Below are positions 31,291 through 39,615 of a stretch of DNA of 64,000 nt, in pieces; the first letter of the stretch is position 1, and each line of letters begins with the position of its first letter. A program made the translations under genes and the position numbers. The notes beneath the pieces were generated by a model. It made no database searches. It saw only the letters and a program-made list of their open reading frames with translations, and was not told the DNA's origin. Origin of the DNA: Myxococcota bacterium (lineage in GTDB: Bacteria > Myxococcota_A > UBA9160 > SZUA-336); assembly GCA_965247115.1 (NCBI GenBank), contig CBDFGR010000002.1, positions 672,001 through 736,000 on the forward strand, written 5' to 3'.

Positions 31291-31967
31291 CAGTAGGCCT
31301 GTCCCGAGAGGGCCTCGAAGGTGTACAGCCTCCTCGCCGAAGCGACCCGGGTCATGTTCTCCGGCTCGATGTGGTCGAAGCCGCTACGGTCGACGAGCCC
31401 CTTGAGCAGCTGGACGTCCTCGGCGGTCGGCTCCTCGATGCGAGCATCGGAGCCCAGCGAGTCGATCTTGCCCCCAACGTAGATGACGGCCTCGTAGAGG
31501 CTGTCGCCGAGGCCTGCGTGGGCGTCGCCACCGACCACGATGGTCCCGGCTTGCGCCATGAACCCGCTCATGTGCCCCACGTCCCCTGCCACGACAATTG
31601 CCCCACCTTTGAGGGAGATCCCGAGGCGGGATGAGGCGTCCCCGGCGATGAAGAGCTCACCGCCGCGGGCGGAGGCGCCTGCACACTCCGACGCGTTGCC
31701 GTTCACCCTGACGGTGCCCGCCATGAGGTTCTCGGCGACCGACCACCCGACGAACCCGTTGACGGTCACGTTGGGTCCCTCACCCAGACCGGCGATGAAG
31801 TACCCGGCATTGCCGTCGATGGTGACGTCGATCTGGTTGAACAATCCCACCGCAAGGTTGTGCCGCCCCCGAGGCTCGGCGATCGTCACGGAGGTTCCGT
31901 CGGGAAGCTCCCGCAGCCGGCGGTTGATCTCGGTCGTGGTCAACTCGTCACAGCTCAGCGTGACCAT
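31290..31967 (-). CDS. mgsB: NMG synthase subunit B (GXGXG domain, GlxC-like)
   Basis: HNLAVGL, AENLMAG, GISLKGG, GDSLYEA. Confidence 0.9.
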   Translation of the reverse strand: MVTLSCDELTTTEINRRLRELPDGTSVTIAEPRGRHNLAVGLFNQIDVTIDGNAGYFIAGLGEGPNVTVNGFVGWSVAENLMAGTVRVNGNASECAGASARGGELFIAGDASSRLGISLKGGAIVVAGDVGHMSGFMAQAGTIVVGGDAHAGLGDSLYEAVIYVGGKIDSLGSDARIEEPTAEDVQLLKGLVDRSGFDHIEPENMTRVASARRLYTFEALSGQAY

Positions 31968-32851
31968 ACGTGGATCTCTCTCGGCATGGGCTCGAAGACA
32001 TCGGCCTCCTCGATTCCAGGCAGGCCGGCCAGGGCGTGGAACTCCGAGGCCATGGCCACGTAGGCGTCGGTCTCGGCGATGACCGCCGGCTTGCAGGCGA
32101 AGGCATCGCGCACCACGGCGAACTCGGTCTCGGTGGCGACGAGAAGGGTGAAGAAGCCATCGAGGGTGTCCATTAGCTGTCCCAGCGCCCCACCGAGGTC
32201 TGCGCCGTGGGCCGTCTCGTAGGCGAGGTAGTTCGCCGCGACCTCGGAGTCGTTGTCTGTGACGAAGGTGACCCCGGCGTCGATCAGGCGGCGCCGCACC
32301 GTAGCGTAGTTGGAGAAGGAGCCATTGTGGACGAGACACAGATCGGCTCCCGCGGCAAAGGGGTGAGAGTGGGTAGTCGCGACCGCCGACTCGGTGGCCA
32401 TTCTCGTGTGCCCCAGCCCCTGGTATCCAGACCGCGACGCGATGTCGTACCGGTCGCAGATGGCCGCCGGATGACCGACGTCCTTGTAGACCTCGACGGC
32501 GCGACCGTAGGACACCACGCGGATGGTGGGGAACGACCCGGCGAGAGACTTCTCGACGAGCTCGGGCTCGGCGTCTAGCGCGAGTACCGCGTCGCCGGCG
32601 ACGCGGCGGACCTGTACCGTCGTCCCCAGCTCAGAACCCAGACCCTCGCCGAGGGCGTCCCAGTCGTAGCCGGGCCCCGGCGCGCACACCGACCACCGCA
32701 GCATCCCTTCGGGCAGGCTGTCTTCGTAGAGGCCGATGCCGGCGGAGTCCGGTCCGCGGGAGCTCATCGCCGCCAGCATGGGCGTGAGCAGCTCACCCAG
32801 CCGCGAGTGAAGCACCTCGTCTCGAAGATGGAGCCCGACAATGCCGCACAT
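31955..32851 (-). CDS. mgsA: NMG synthase subunit A (class II amidotransferase domain, GlxB-like)
   Basis: N-terminal MCGIVG, RGPDSAG, GHTRMATES, HNGSFSN, NDSE. Confidence 0.9.
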   Translation of the reverse strand: MCGIVGLHLRDEVLHSRLGELLTPMLAAMSSRGPDSAGIGLYEDSLPEGMLRWSVCAPGPGYDWDALGEGLGSELGTTVQVRRVAGDAVLALDAEPELVEKSLAGSFPTIRVVSYGRAVEVYKDVGHPAAICDRYDIASRSGYQGLGHTRMATESAVATTHSHPFAAGADLCLVHNGSFSNYATVRRRLIDAGVTFVTDNDSEVAANYLAYETAHGADLGGALGQLMDTLDGFFTLLVATETEFAVVRDAFACKPAVIAETDAYVAMASEFHALAGLPGIEEADVFEPMPREIHVWSR

Positions 32852-32895
32852 GTTGCTCCCCCCGACGCCTTCTCGGTCATGCCGCTGGTGGCTGG

Positions 32896-32932
32896 GTTCA
32901 CTCATAGTATACTGCGTTTCACGCTAGGCAAC
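32896..32932. promoter_or_regulatory. Pair of 17-bp imperfect palindromes (20-bp period) between mgsA and gmaS; candidate XRE operators
   Basis: GTTCACTCATAGTATAC (32896-32912) and GTTTCACGCTAGGCAAC (32916-32932) in an AT-rich patch. Confidence 0.4.
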
Positions 32933-32981
32933 ATCCTCGGGGCGCCGACAAGTCGCGCCACCGCCGGAAGGAAGGGAAAAC

Positions 32982-34334
32982 GTGTCCGCACACTCCGCGC
33001 TCAAGGAGCAGGTCGAACGCGACGGGATCGAGTACTTCTTTGCGATGTTCGTCGACATGCACGGCAGGCAATGCGCCAAGCTCGTGCCAAAGGATTCGTT
33101 CGACGTGCTGATGAACGACGGGGTCGGGTTCGCCGGTTTCGCAGCAGGCCCGATGGGACAGAGCCCGGCTGACCCGGACATGATCGCGATTCCCGATCCG
33201 GCTTCGTACACACCGGCCCCGTGGCAACCCGGGCTGGCGGTCTTCCAGTGCGACCTCCAGGTGAACGGCAAGGACTGGCCCTACGCCCCGCGACGCATTC
33301 TGAAGCAACAGCTCGCCAGGGTCGCCGAGCGGGGCCTCGTCTTCAAAGCGGGCCTCGAGGCCGAGTACTTCCTCGTGCGGCGCAACGACGATGGCTCGAT
33401 CTCGGTGGCCGATCCTCTCGACGTCGCAGCCCAGCCCTGCTACGACGCCAAGGGCCTCACCAGAATGTATGACCACCTCACCACCGTGTCGTCGTACATG
33501 AACCGACTCGGGTGGGGCAACTACGCCAACGACCATGAGGACGCCAACGGCCAGTTCGAGCAGAACTTCACGTACTCGGATGCCCTGACAACGGCCGACC
33601 GGCTGGTCTTCTTCCGCTACATGGTCCACACGATCGCGCAGCAGAGCGGCCTACTGGCGACCTTCATGCCCAAGGCGTTCTCCAATCTCACAGGGAACGG
33701 ACTCCACGTGCATTCATCGCTGTGGTCGGAGAGCGGGGAAGAGCTCTTTCGCGACGAGTCCGATCTCCGCGGCCTGGGGCTATCCAAGCTGGCCTACGCC
33801 TTCATGGGCGGGATCCTCGACCACGCTGCGGCGCTGTGCGCCATCACGGCGCCCACCGTTAACTCCTACAAGCGGATGGGGGTGGGCCCTCCGACCTCCG
33901 GGGCGACCTGGGCCCCGGCGTACATCAGCTACGGGGGCAACAATCGCACCCAGATGCTGAGGGTGCCCGAGCCGGGCCGGATGGAGAACCGCAGCGTCGA
34001 CGGCTCGGCCAACCCCTACCTGGCGCTGGCAGTGCTCGCTGCCGCCGGAATGGATGGCATCGACCGCGATCTCGACCCCGGGGATCCGAACGAAGACAAC
34101 CTCTACGCGCTCCCCGTGTCCGAAGCGGCACAGCGCGGGATCAAGATGATGCCTAGCACTCTGGTGCACGCGCTAGATGCGCTGTCGACAGACGACATCG
34201 TCAAGGCCGCACTGGGCGAGGTCCCCGGCGGCAGGTACGCCGACTACTACATCGACGTGAAGCGTGCCGAGTGGAGCGAGTACCACTCCCAGGTGACGAG
34301 CTGGGAGACCGATCGCTACCTGACCCTGTTCTGA
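32982..34334 (+). CDS. gmaS: Gamma-glutamylmethylamide synthetase (GlnT-type glutamine synthetase family)
   Basis: AKLVP, GFAGFA, DHEDANGQFE, TGNGLH, SGATWAP, GGNNRT; divergent from mgsABC-mgdABCD. Confidence 0.9.
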   Translation: MSAHSALKEQVERDGIEYFFAMFVDMHGRQCAKLVPKDSFDVLMNDGVGFAGFAAGPMGQSPADPDMIAIPDPASYTPAPWQPGLAVFQCDLQVNGKDWPYAPRRILKQQLARVAERGLVFKAGLEAEYFLVRRNDDGSISVADPLDVAAQPCYDAKGLTRMYDHLTTVSSYMNRLGWGNYANDHEDANGQFEQNFTYSDALTTADRLVFFRYMVHTIAQQSGLLATFMPKAFSNLTGNGLHVHSSLWSESGEELFRDESDLRGLGLSKLAYAFMGGILDHAAALCAITAPTVNSYKRMGVGPPTSGATWAPAYISYGGNNRTQMLRVPEPGRMENRSVDGSANPYLALAVLAAAGMDGIDRDLDPGDPNEDNLYALPVSEAAQRGIKMMPSTLVHALDALSTDDIVKAALGEVPGGRYADYYIDVKRAEWSEYHSQVTSWETDRYLTLF

Positions 34335-34340
34335 AGCGTC

Positions 34341-34958
34341 GTGACTGAGAAGGAGCGATCCGTCAGCGCCGAGCGCGTCCAGCGCATGCTCGGCGCCACC
34401 ATTGCGCAGTGCGTGCGCGAATACCGTCTGGGGCTCGGTCTGACGATCACCCAGCTCTCCGAACGCGCCAGTCTCTCGAAGGGGATGCTCTCCAAGATCG
34501 AGAATGCCCAGACCTCGCCGAGCCTGGCGACGCTGGCCGCGGTGGCCGCTGCGCTGGGAGTTCCCGTGACCGCCCTCTTCCGGGGTCTGGAGGAAGAACA
34601 CGACGCCATCTACGTGCCGGCCGGCCAGGGCATCGACATCGAGCACCAGAGCGAGGACCGCCCGGCCGGCCACCGCTCCCAGATGCTCGGCACCATGCGA
34701 GGCCCCCACCGACTCCTCGAGCCCGTACTGGTCATGCTGACTCAGCCCACCGAGGTATTCCCGCTCTACCAGCACCCCGGCGTCGAGTTCCTCTACGTGC
34801 TCCAGGGCAAGATGGAGTACGGGGCTGGCACATCCCGCTACATCCTGGGACGCGGAGACAGCCTCCAGTTCGAAGGCGAAGTCCCTCACGGCCCGACGGC
34901 GCTGCTCGAGCTGCCGATCCGCTTTCTATCCATGAAGGGCTACGGGTCGGTCGGTTAG
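34341..34958 (+). CDS. XRE-family transcriptional regulator with cupin domain
   Basis: LSKGMLSKIENAQTSPSL HTH; HPGVEFLYVLQG...PHGP cupin. Confidence 0.9.
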   Translation: MTEKERSVSAERVQRMLGATIAQCVREYRLGLGLTITQLSERASLSKGMLSKIENAQTSPSLATLAAVAAALGVPVTALFRGLEEEHDAIYVPAGQGIDIEHQSEDRPAGHRSQMLGTMRGPHRLLEPVLVMLTQPTEVFPLYQHPGVEFLYVLQGKMEYGAGTSRYILGRGDSLQFEGEVPHGPTALLELPIRFLSMKGYGSVG

Positions 34959-36229
34959 CGGATCCAGTTGATCGCGACGAGAATGACCAGCGCGTTGCTG
35001 AAGTCGAGGAAGAACCCCCCCACCACCGATACGCTCAAGAAAGGTTGAAACACCCTTCCGTGTCGTCTTGCGATCGCTTCCATCGCGGCCAGGGCGTTCG
35101 GAGTGGCTCCCAACGCAATTCCGCAATGTCCCGCGGAGATCATCGCGGCGTCGTAGTCGCGCCCGGCCCATCGATAGGTCACGACGGCGACGAACGCGAT
35201 CGCAAGCGCGACCTGTGCCAGAAGGAGGACACCGATCACGGACACGACCTCGGACAGCGCGGCAAAGGAGGTGTCCATCAGCGCCAGCACCAGAAAAATC
35301 CCGATCGAGAGTGAGCGGACGGGTTTCAGTGGTTCTTCGATTGCAGTGAAACGAAGCGAGTCGAGGAGATTCCGGATGATCGCGCCCACGATCATCGAGC
35401 CCATATAGATCGGGAACACCAATCCCGCCTGCACGAGCGCGTGGCTGAGCCACGCCCCGACCTTGAAGCAAAGCATCAGGATGAGGATCAGCGCGATCGT
35501 CCCGACTCGCTCGCGGTAGAGGGCGGAGAGATCGCGAAAGAAACTCCCCCCACTGGGTGCGAGGCGTGTGGCGGACACGGACTCGGGACTCGGCTTCACT
35601 CGGTAGCGCCGGATGAGAAAAGAACCGACCGGACCTGCGACGACGCCCCCGATCACAAGTCCAAAGGTGGCGGCGACGAAGCCAATCGCGCGAGCATCGG
35701 GAAGACCCGCTGCGGTGAGGAGCTCCGCAAAGCCCGCGGTGGTCCCGTGGCCCCCGGTCATGGAAACGGGTCCACACGCGAGCCCGAGCGCCGCGGGCTG
35801 CCCGGCCGAGATGGCGCCTGCAATCCCGACGACGGCCTGCGCGGCGGCCAGCACCGAGGACGCGGCGAAGAGGCCGAGGCCCGCGCGACCGCTCGAGCGG
35901 ATTGCAGAGACACTGCAGCCGAGACCCACCGACGTGAAGAACGCGATCAGAAAGGGTTGATCGAGCTCGAGCGGAGGACTCTCTTCCGAGGCTGAGAACA
36001 GTACGCGCCAGAGATCGCCACCGAGGGCCCCGTCGAAGTGGATGTCGAACGAGAAGAGCGAGGCCAGCAGCGAGACCACAGCAGACGCCAGCAGGCCGCC
36101 CGTCACCGGCCGTGGGATGCACAGCTCCCGCAGGATCGCGATCCGCGCGGTCAGCCAATCGCCGGCGAGCAGGGCGAAGAGGGCGCAAAGCAGGAAGAGC
36201 GGGCTCGCAAGCCTAAGCTCCGCCTCCAC
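34955..36229 (-). CDS. gltS: Sodium/glutamate symporter (ESS family)
   Basis: IPRPVTGG, FFTSVG, GGHGT, ATFGLVIGG, GATPNA, FFLDFSN. Confidence 0.9.
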   Translation of the reverse strand: MEAELRLASPLFLLCALFALLAGDWLTARIAILRELCIPRPVTGGLLASAVVSLLASLFSFDIHFDGALGGDLWRVLFSASEESPPLELDQPFLIAFFTSVGLGCSVSAIRSSGRAGLGLFAASSVLAAAQAVVGIAGAISAGQPAALGLACGPVSMTGGHGTTAGFAELLTAAGLPDARAIGFVAATFGLVIGGVVAGPVGSFLIRRYRVKPSPESVSATRLAPSGGSFFRDLSALYRERVGTIALILILMLCFKVGAWLSHALVQAGLVFPIYMGSMIVGAIIRNLLDSLRFTAIEEPLKPVRSLSIGIFLVLALMDTSFAALSEVVSVIGVLLLAQVALAIAFVAVVTYRWAGRDYDAAMISAGHCGIALGATPNALAAMEAIARRHGRVFQPFLSVSVVGGFFLDFSNALVILVAINWIR

Positions 36230-37085
36230 GGCCCCCGTCCCCGGCTACGAGGTAGCTCTCCAGGTAGCTCGAGCGTTCGCCGCTCCGCGCCCACAGCACC
36301 GGAAAGAACGCTTCGTCCATGGTGCAGTCACCCGGGCGTTGGTAGCGACTGTAGACCGGTCCCTTATTTTCGGGATGAAAGTGAGCCGCCGAGGACATGC
36401 AGTGCGCGACCACCGAACGCCGCTCGTGCGCCCCGCCGTTCGCCGAGGAACCGTGCCAGGTGCGCCCGTGGTGAAAGGCCCCGCCGCCAGCTGGCACCAC
36501 CACCGGAACGATCTCCGGCGCGACTCCCTGGCGCGCAGCCGCCTCGCGCATTTCGCGCTGCGGGTCCTCGGGCGCGTGAAACTGATCGATCATCTGTGCC
36601 AGCGGCCAGGCGTGGGAACCGCGCACGTACTCGAGGCTCCCCCTGTCGGCCGCCGTGTCGTCGAGCGCGATCCAGCAGCTCGCCATCGCCGGCGGAACTA
36701 CCCACGATTGGTAGCTCTCGTCCTGGTGGAAGCCGAGGGCTCTTCCGTGCGGCGGTTTCCAGAGCACGTTGTCCTGGTTGATCCGCGCGCCAGGCCAGTT
36801 CATCAGCAGAGCGCAAGCGCGCCCGATATCCTCGCGCAACACGACTCGCGCGATCTCCCGATCCGCCTTCCAGCCGTTGCAGATCTGGCGGGTCAGCTCG
36901 GGCGGGTCGCGACCCTCGCGCCAATTCCATTCATCGGGCTGAATCCCGGTCCCGAACTCCCCCCGGAAAAGCGGCGCGAAGCGCGCCACTATCCGCGCGA
37001 CGGTATCCGAGTCGAGGATCCCTTCGACGACCACGAAGCCATCCCGGCGAAAACGCGCGATCGCGTCCTGCGAAAGCGAGATCAC
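36213..37085 (-). CDS. Phytanoyl-CoA dioxygenase (PhyH) family Fe(II)/2OG enzyme
   Basis: FRRDGFVVV, FHQD (HxD), WIALDD, WHGS..N. Confidence 0.9.
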   Translation of the reverse strand: MISLSQDAIARFRRDGFVVVEGILDSDTVARIVARFAPLFRGEFGTGIQPDEWNWREGRDPPELTRQICNGWKADREIARVVLREDIGRACALLMNWPGARINQDNVLWKPPHGRALGFHQDESYQSWVVPPAMASCWIALDDTAADRGSLEYVRGSHAWPLAQMIDQFHAPEDPQREMREAAARQGVAPEIVPVVVPAGGGAFHHGRTWHGSSANGGAHERRSVVAHCMSSAAHFHPENKGPVYSRYQRPGDCTMDEAFFPVLWARSGERSSYLESYLVAGDGGRGGGA

Positions 37086-37100
37086 CTGCGCCGCCGCACG

Positions 37101-37328
37101 TCAGAGATCCGCGTCGTTCTCAATCGCCTGGGCGAGTGCGTCGCCATCCCCGAGCTCGCGCTCTCGGTCGGCGTACTCGCGGGATTCGGAGCGAATCTGC
37201 CAGATCACGAAGAGCGTCCAAAGCGCAAAGCAGAGCACGAAGAGCGCGACTTCCCAGCCGACGAAGGGATAGAGGGGCCCGATTTGCGTTGGGTCACCGA
37301 ACCAGCTCGAAACAAGACCTGTCTGCAC
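37101..37328 (-). CDS. 75-aa single-TM protein downstream of amt (embedded at the end of a spurious long ORF)
   Basis: GAGGAG RBS + GTG; IGPLYPFVGWE, hydrophobic helix, charged tail. Confidence 0.75.
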   Translation of the reverse strand: MQTGLVSSWFGDPTQIGPLYPFVGWEVALFVLCFALWTLFVIWQIRSESREYADRERELGDGDALAQAIENDADL

Positions 37329-37354
37329 AAACGTCTCCTCACCGCCTCGCGCGC

Positions 37355-38743
37355 CTAGCTGCGGGCGGCTCGCTGCTCTGCCTCTACGACGGCGCGACGA
37401 TCCCGGGCCACCTCGGCGGCGACGCTTGAATCGAGACCCGCCAATTCGACCGCGTGCGGGATCCGGAGCAACCCTGCGCGCTTGAGTACGAAGCCGAGGC
37501 CGAAGCAGGGCAAGAAGCCGAGCCCGAAGAACATGATCAGGGCGCCCGCCACCTGCCCCCACGGCGAGATTGCAGCGTAGCCCGCGGTCGGCGAGCTCGG
37601 ATACCCCCACAACACGAACCCCGCGACGACAACACCGATTGTTCCCGCATAGCCGTGCACGGCGACCGCGCCCACCGCGTCGTCGATTCCGAAGCGTCGC
37701 TCGACCCAGTAGTGGAGGCGGTAGGCGCATACGCTGCCGCCCGCACCGATCAGCGCCGCTTGCAGCGGGTGATAGAGATCGTTCCCGGCCGACGCGGTGA
37801 TGATTCCGGCGAGTCCGCCGGAGAAGGTCCAAAAGGGATCGCCCTTCGACGCGAAATAGCCGCCGAGCATGCCGCCGGCCAACGAGAGCAGAAAGTTCAG
37901 GGTGACGGCGCTCAGTGTGGTCGGGGTGAGGTAGATCGTGGTGGCAGAGAAGAAGGGCTCGCCGTCGGCAGGTGCCACATTCACGATCGGAACGTTGCAG
38001 GCGGCGTAGAAGCCCCAAAAGCCGGTGTAGATCAGGAAGAGGCCGATTATGACCAACCAGGTGTTGTGCGCTGGGAAGGGTCTCGGCTGGCCGTCTGCGC
38101 CAAAGCGGCCGATGCGGGGTCCGAGATGGATCAAGATCGCCAGCGCGGAGCCGCCGGCGAGTCCGTGGATCACGCCCGACGCATAGGCGTCGTGATAGCC
38201 GAGCACTTGAACCATCCACCCGGTATCCGACCATCCCCACGCAGCGTCGATGACCCAGGTCAGCGAACCGACCAGAACAGCGAAGAGCCAGAAGGCGCCC
38301 GAACGAATTCGTTCGATCACCGCGCCCGAGACCACCGAGGCGGCGGTCCACGAGAACAACAGAAAAGCGGCCCAGAACACCCCGTTGAGGCGCGCCCAGC
38401 TCATGTCAGCGGCGCTGAGGGTGTCCCGGTAGGGCGCGCCGCCCATGTGCGCGCCCATCATTTCACTCCACGGCGTCGCCCAGGGCGCGGCTTTCAACCC
38501 GCCCGTAAACCCCGGGCCGTTTTGAAAGGCGAAGTAGATCCACCAGCCAAAAAAGAAAAAAGTGACCGTGACGGCCGGGATCAACATCGCGTTCTTCATC
38601 AGCGCATGGAGCATGTTCTTCCGCCGCGATACCCCGACCTCGTAGAGGCAGAATCCGACGTGGATCAGGAACATCATGACGACCGTGACCCAGTAGTAGA
38701 ACTCGGTGAAGATCGTGCTGAGCGCGCCGAGCTCCTGGTTCAA
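37355..38743 (-). CDS. amt: Amt-family (methyl)ammonium transporter
   Basis: SGAVIER, GVIHG, LGPRIGRF, IDDAVGAVAVHG; TTG start overlaps the GntR stop (TTGA). Confidence 0.9.
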   Translation of the reverse strand: MNQELGALSTIFTEFYYWVTVVMMFLIHVGFCLYEVGVSRRKNMLHALMKNAMLIPAVTVTFFFFGWWIYFAFQNGPGFTGGLKAAPWATPWSEMMGAHMGGAPYRDTLSAADMSWARLNGVFWAAFLLFSWTAASVVSGAVIERIRSGAFWLFAVLVGSLTWVIDAAWGWSDTGWMVQVLGYHDAYASGVIHGLAGGSALAILIHLGPRIGRFGADGQPRPFPAHNTWLVIIGLFLIYTGFWGFYAACNVPIVNVAPADGEPFFSATTIYLTPTTLSAVTLNFLLSLAGGMLGGYFASKGDPFWTFSGGLAGIITASAGNDLYHPLQAALIGAGGSVCAYRLHYWVERRFGIDDAVGAVAVHGYAGTIGVVVAGFVLWGYPSSPTAGYAAISPWGQVAGALIMFFGLGFLPCFGLGFVLKRAGLLRIPHAVELAGLDSSVAAEVARDRRAVVEAEQRAARS

Positions 38744-39438
38744 TGGGCTCTCTCCAGGGGCACGCCGTCTTGCGAGACACGCGCGCTCGAGTCGCCGCGC
38801 GCGCCGACCAGATCGCGGCGGGCCCGTTCCAGATGCGCCTCGAGGACGCGGGCTGCCGCCGCAGCGTCTCGGCTTCGGAGGGCCTCGTGGAGCTGGCGGT
38901 GCTCGAGATTGTAGGCGGCGATCCGTTCCCGGGTGAGGATCTTGTCCTTCATGCGGTTCCACTGGTCGTGGCTGCGGATGTCGTTGATGTGGTGGTAGAG
39001 CCAGATCATCAGCGGGTTGTGCGTGCACTCGACGACGCAGAGATGAAAGTGCTCGTCGGCACGGGAAAAGGCCTCTCGATCGCTGCTGGCCGCCTCGAGG
39101 TCTTCGAGCGCGGCGCGCAGCTGCGCGAGATCGCGCGCTGTGGCGTTCGCCACCGCCAGCTGGGCTGCCCGCGGCTCAAGGGTGAGGCGGACCTCGATCA
39201 GCTCGAGGGGACTCGTCCGCTCGGCAATGGGATCGGGCGGAGTGAGTGTCACGAAGGTTCCACTCCCGATCCGGCGACTCACGAGCCCCAGCGCGTCGAG
39301 CCGTCGCAGCACCTCTCGGACCGAGCCCCGCGATGCCCCCCAGTGACTCGCGAGCTCGCGCTCCGGCGGCAGACGCTCACCCGGCGCGTAGCGACCCTCG
39401 AGGATGGCCGACGTGAGCCGCGCCGCAATCTGGTCCAC
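38740..39438 (-). CDS. GntR/FadR-family transcriptional regulator (start uncertain)
   Basis: PGERLPPERELA...SRGSVRE...GSGTFV HTH; FCD domain with D..FH and THNP. Confidence 0.9.
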   Translation of the reverse strand: MDQIAARLTSAILEGRYAPGERLPPERELASHWGASRGSVREVLRRLDALGLVSRRIGSGTFVTLTPPDPIAERTSPLELIEVRLTLEPRAAQLAVANATARDLAQLRAALEDLEAASSDREAFSRADEHFHLCVVECTHNPLMIWLYHHINDIRSHDQWNRMKDKILTRERIAAYNLEHRQLHEALRSRDAAAAARVLEAHLERARRDLVGARGDSSARVSQDGVPLERAH

Positions 39439-39528
39439 CCCGCGCGGTGGCGCCGTTGGCAGATCAATACGCGGCAGATTCCCGTCGTGTGACTGAGCCA
39501 GTTTCGAACCTTTCAGCCCAAATCGGTT

Positions 39529-39562
39529 TACTTATGGTCCGAGCTGTGTACTTATGGTCCGA
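39529..39562. promoter_or_regulatory. Perfect 14-bp direct repeat TACTTATGGTCCGA x2 (20-bp period); candidate FadR-type operators
   Basis: Copies at 39529-39542 and 39549-39562 between divergent genes; each contains a TGGT half-site. Confidence 0.65.
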
Positions 39563-39615
39563 ACTATGTTCGACTCGAGACCCTCTCGTCAAGACAAAGC
39601 GCGGGGGCGAGCAGA

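Noticed and set aside
29926..34334. Ordinary GS/GOGAT ammonium assimilation genes
   Set aside because: The split three-subunit glutamate-synthase-like genes, GlnT-type ligase and soxBDAG-like genes match the NMG pathway instead
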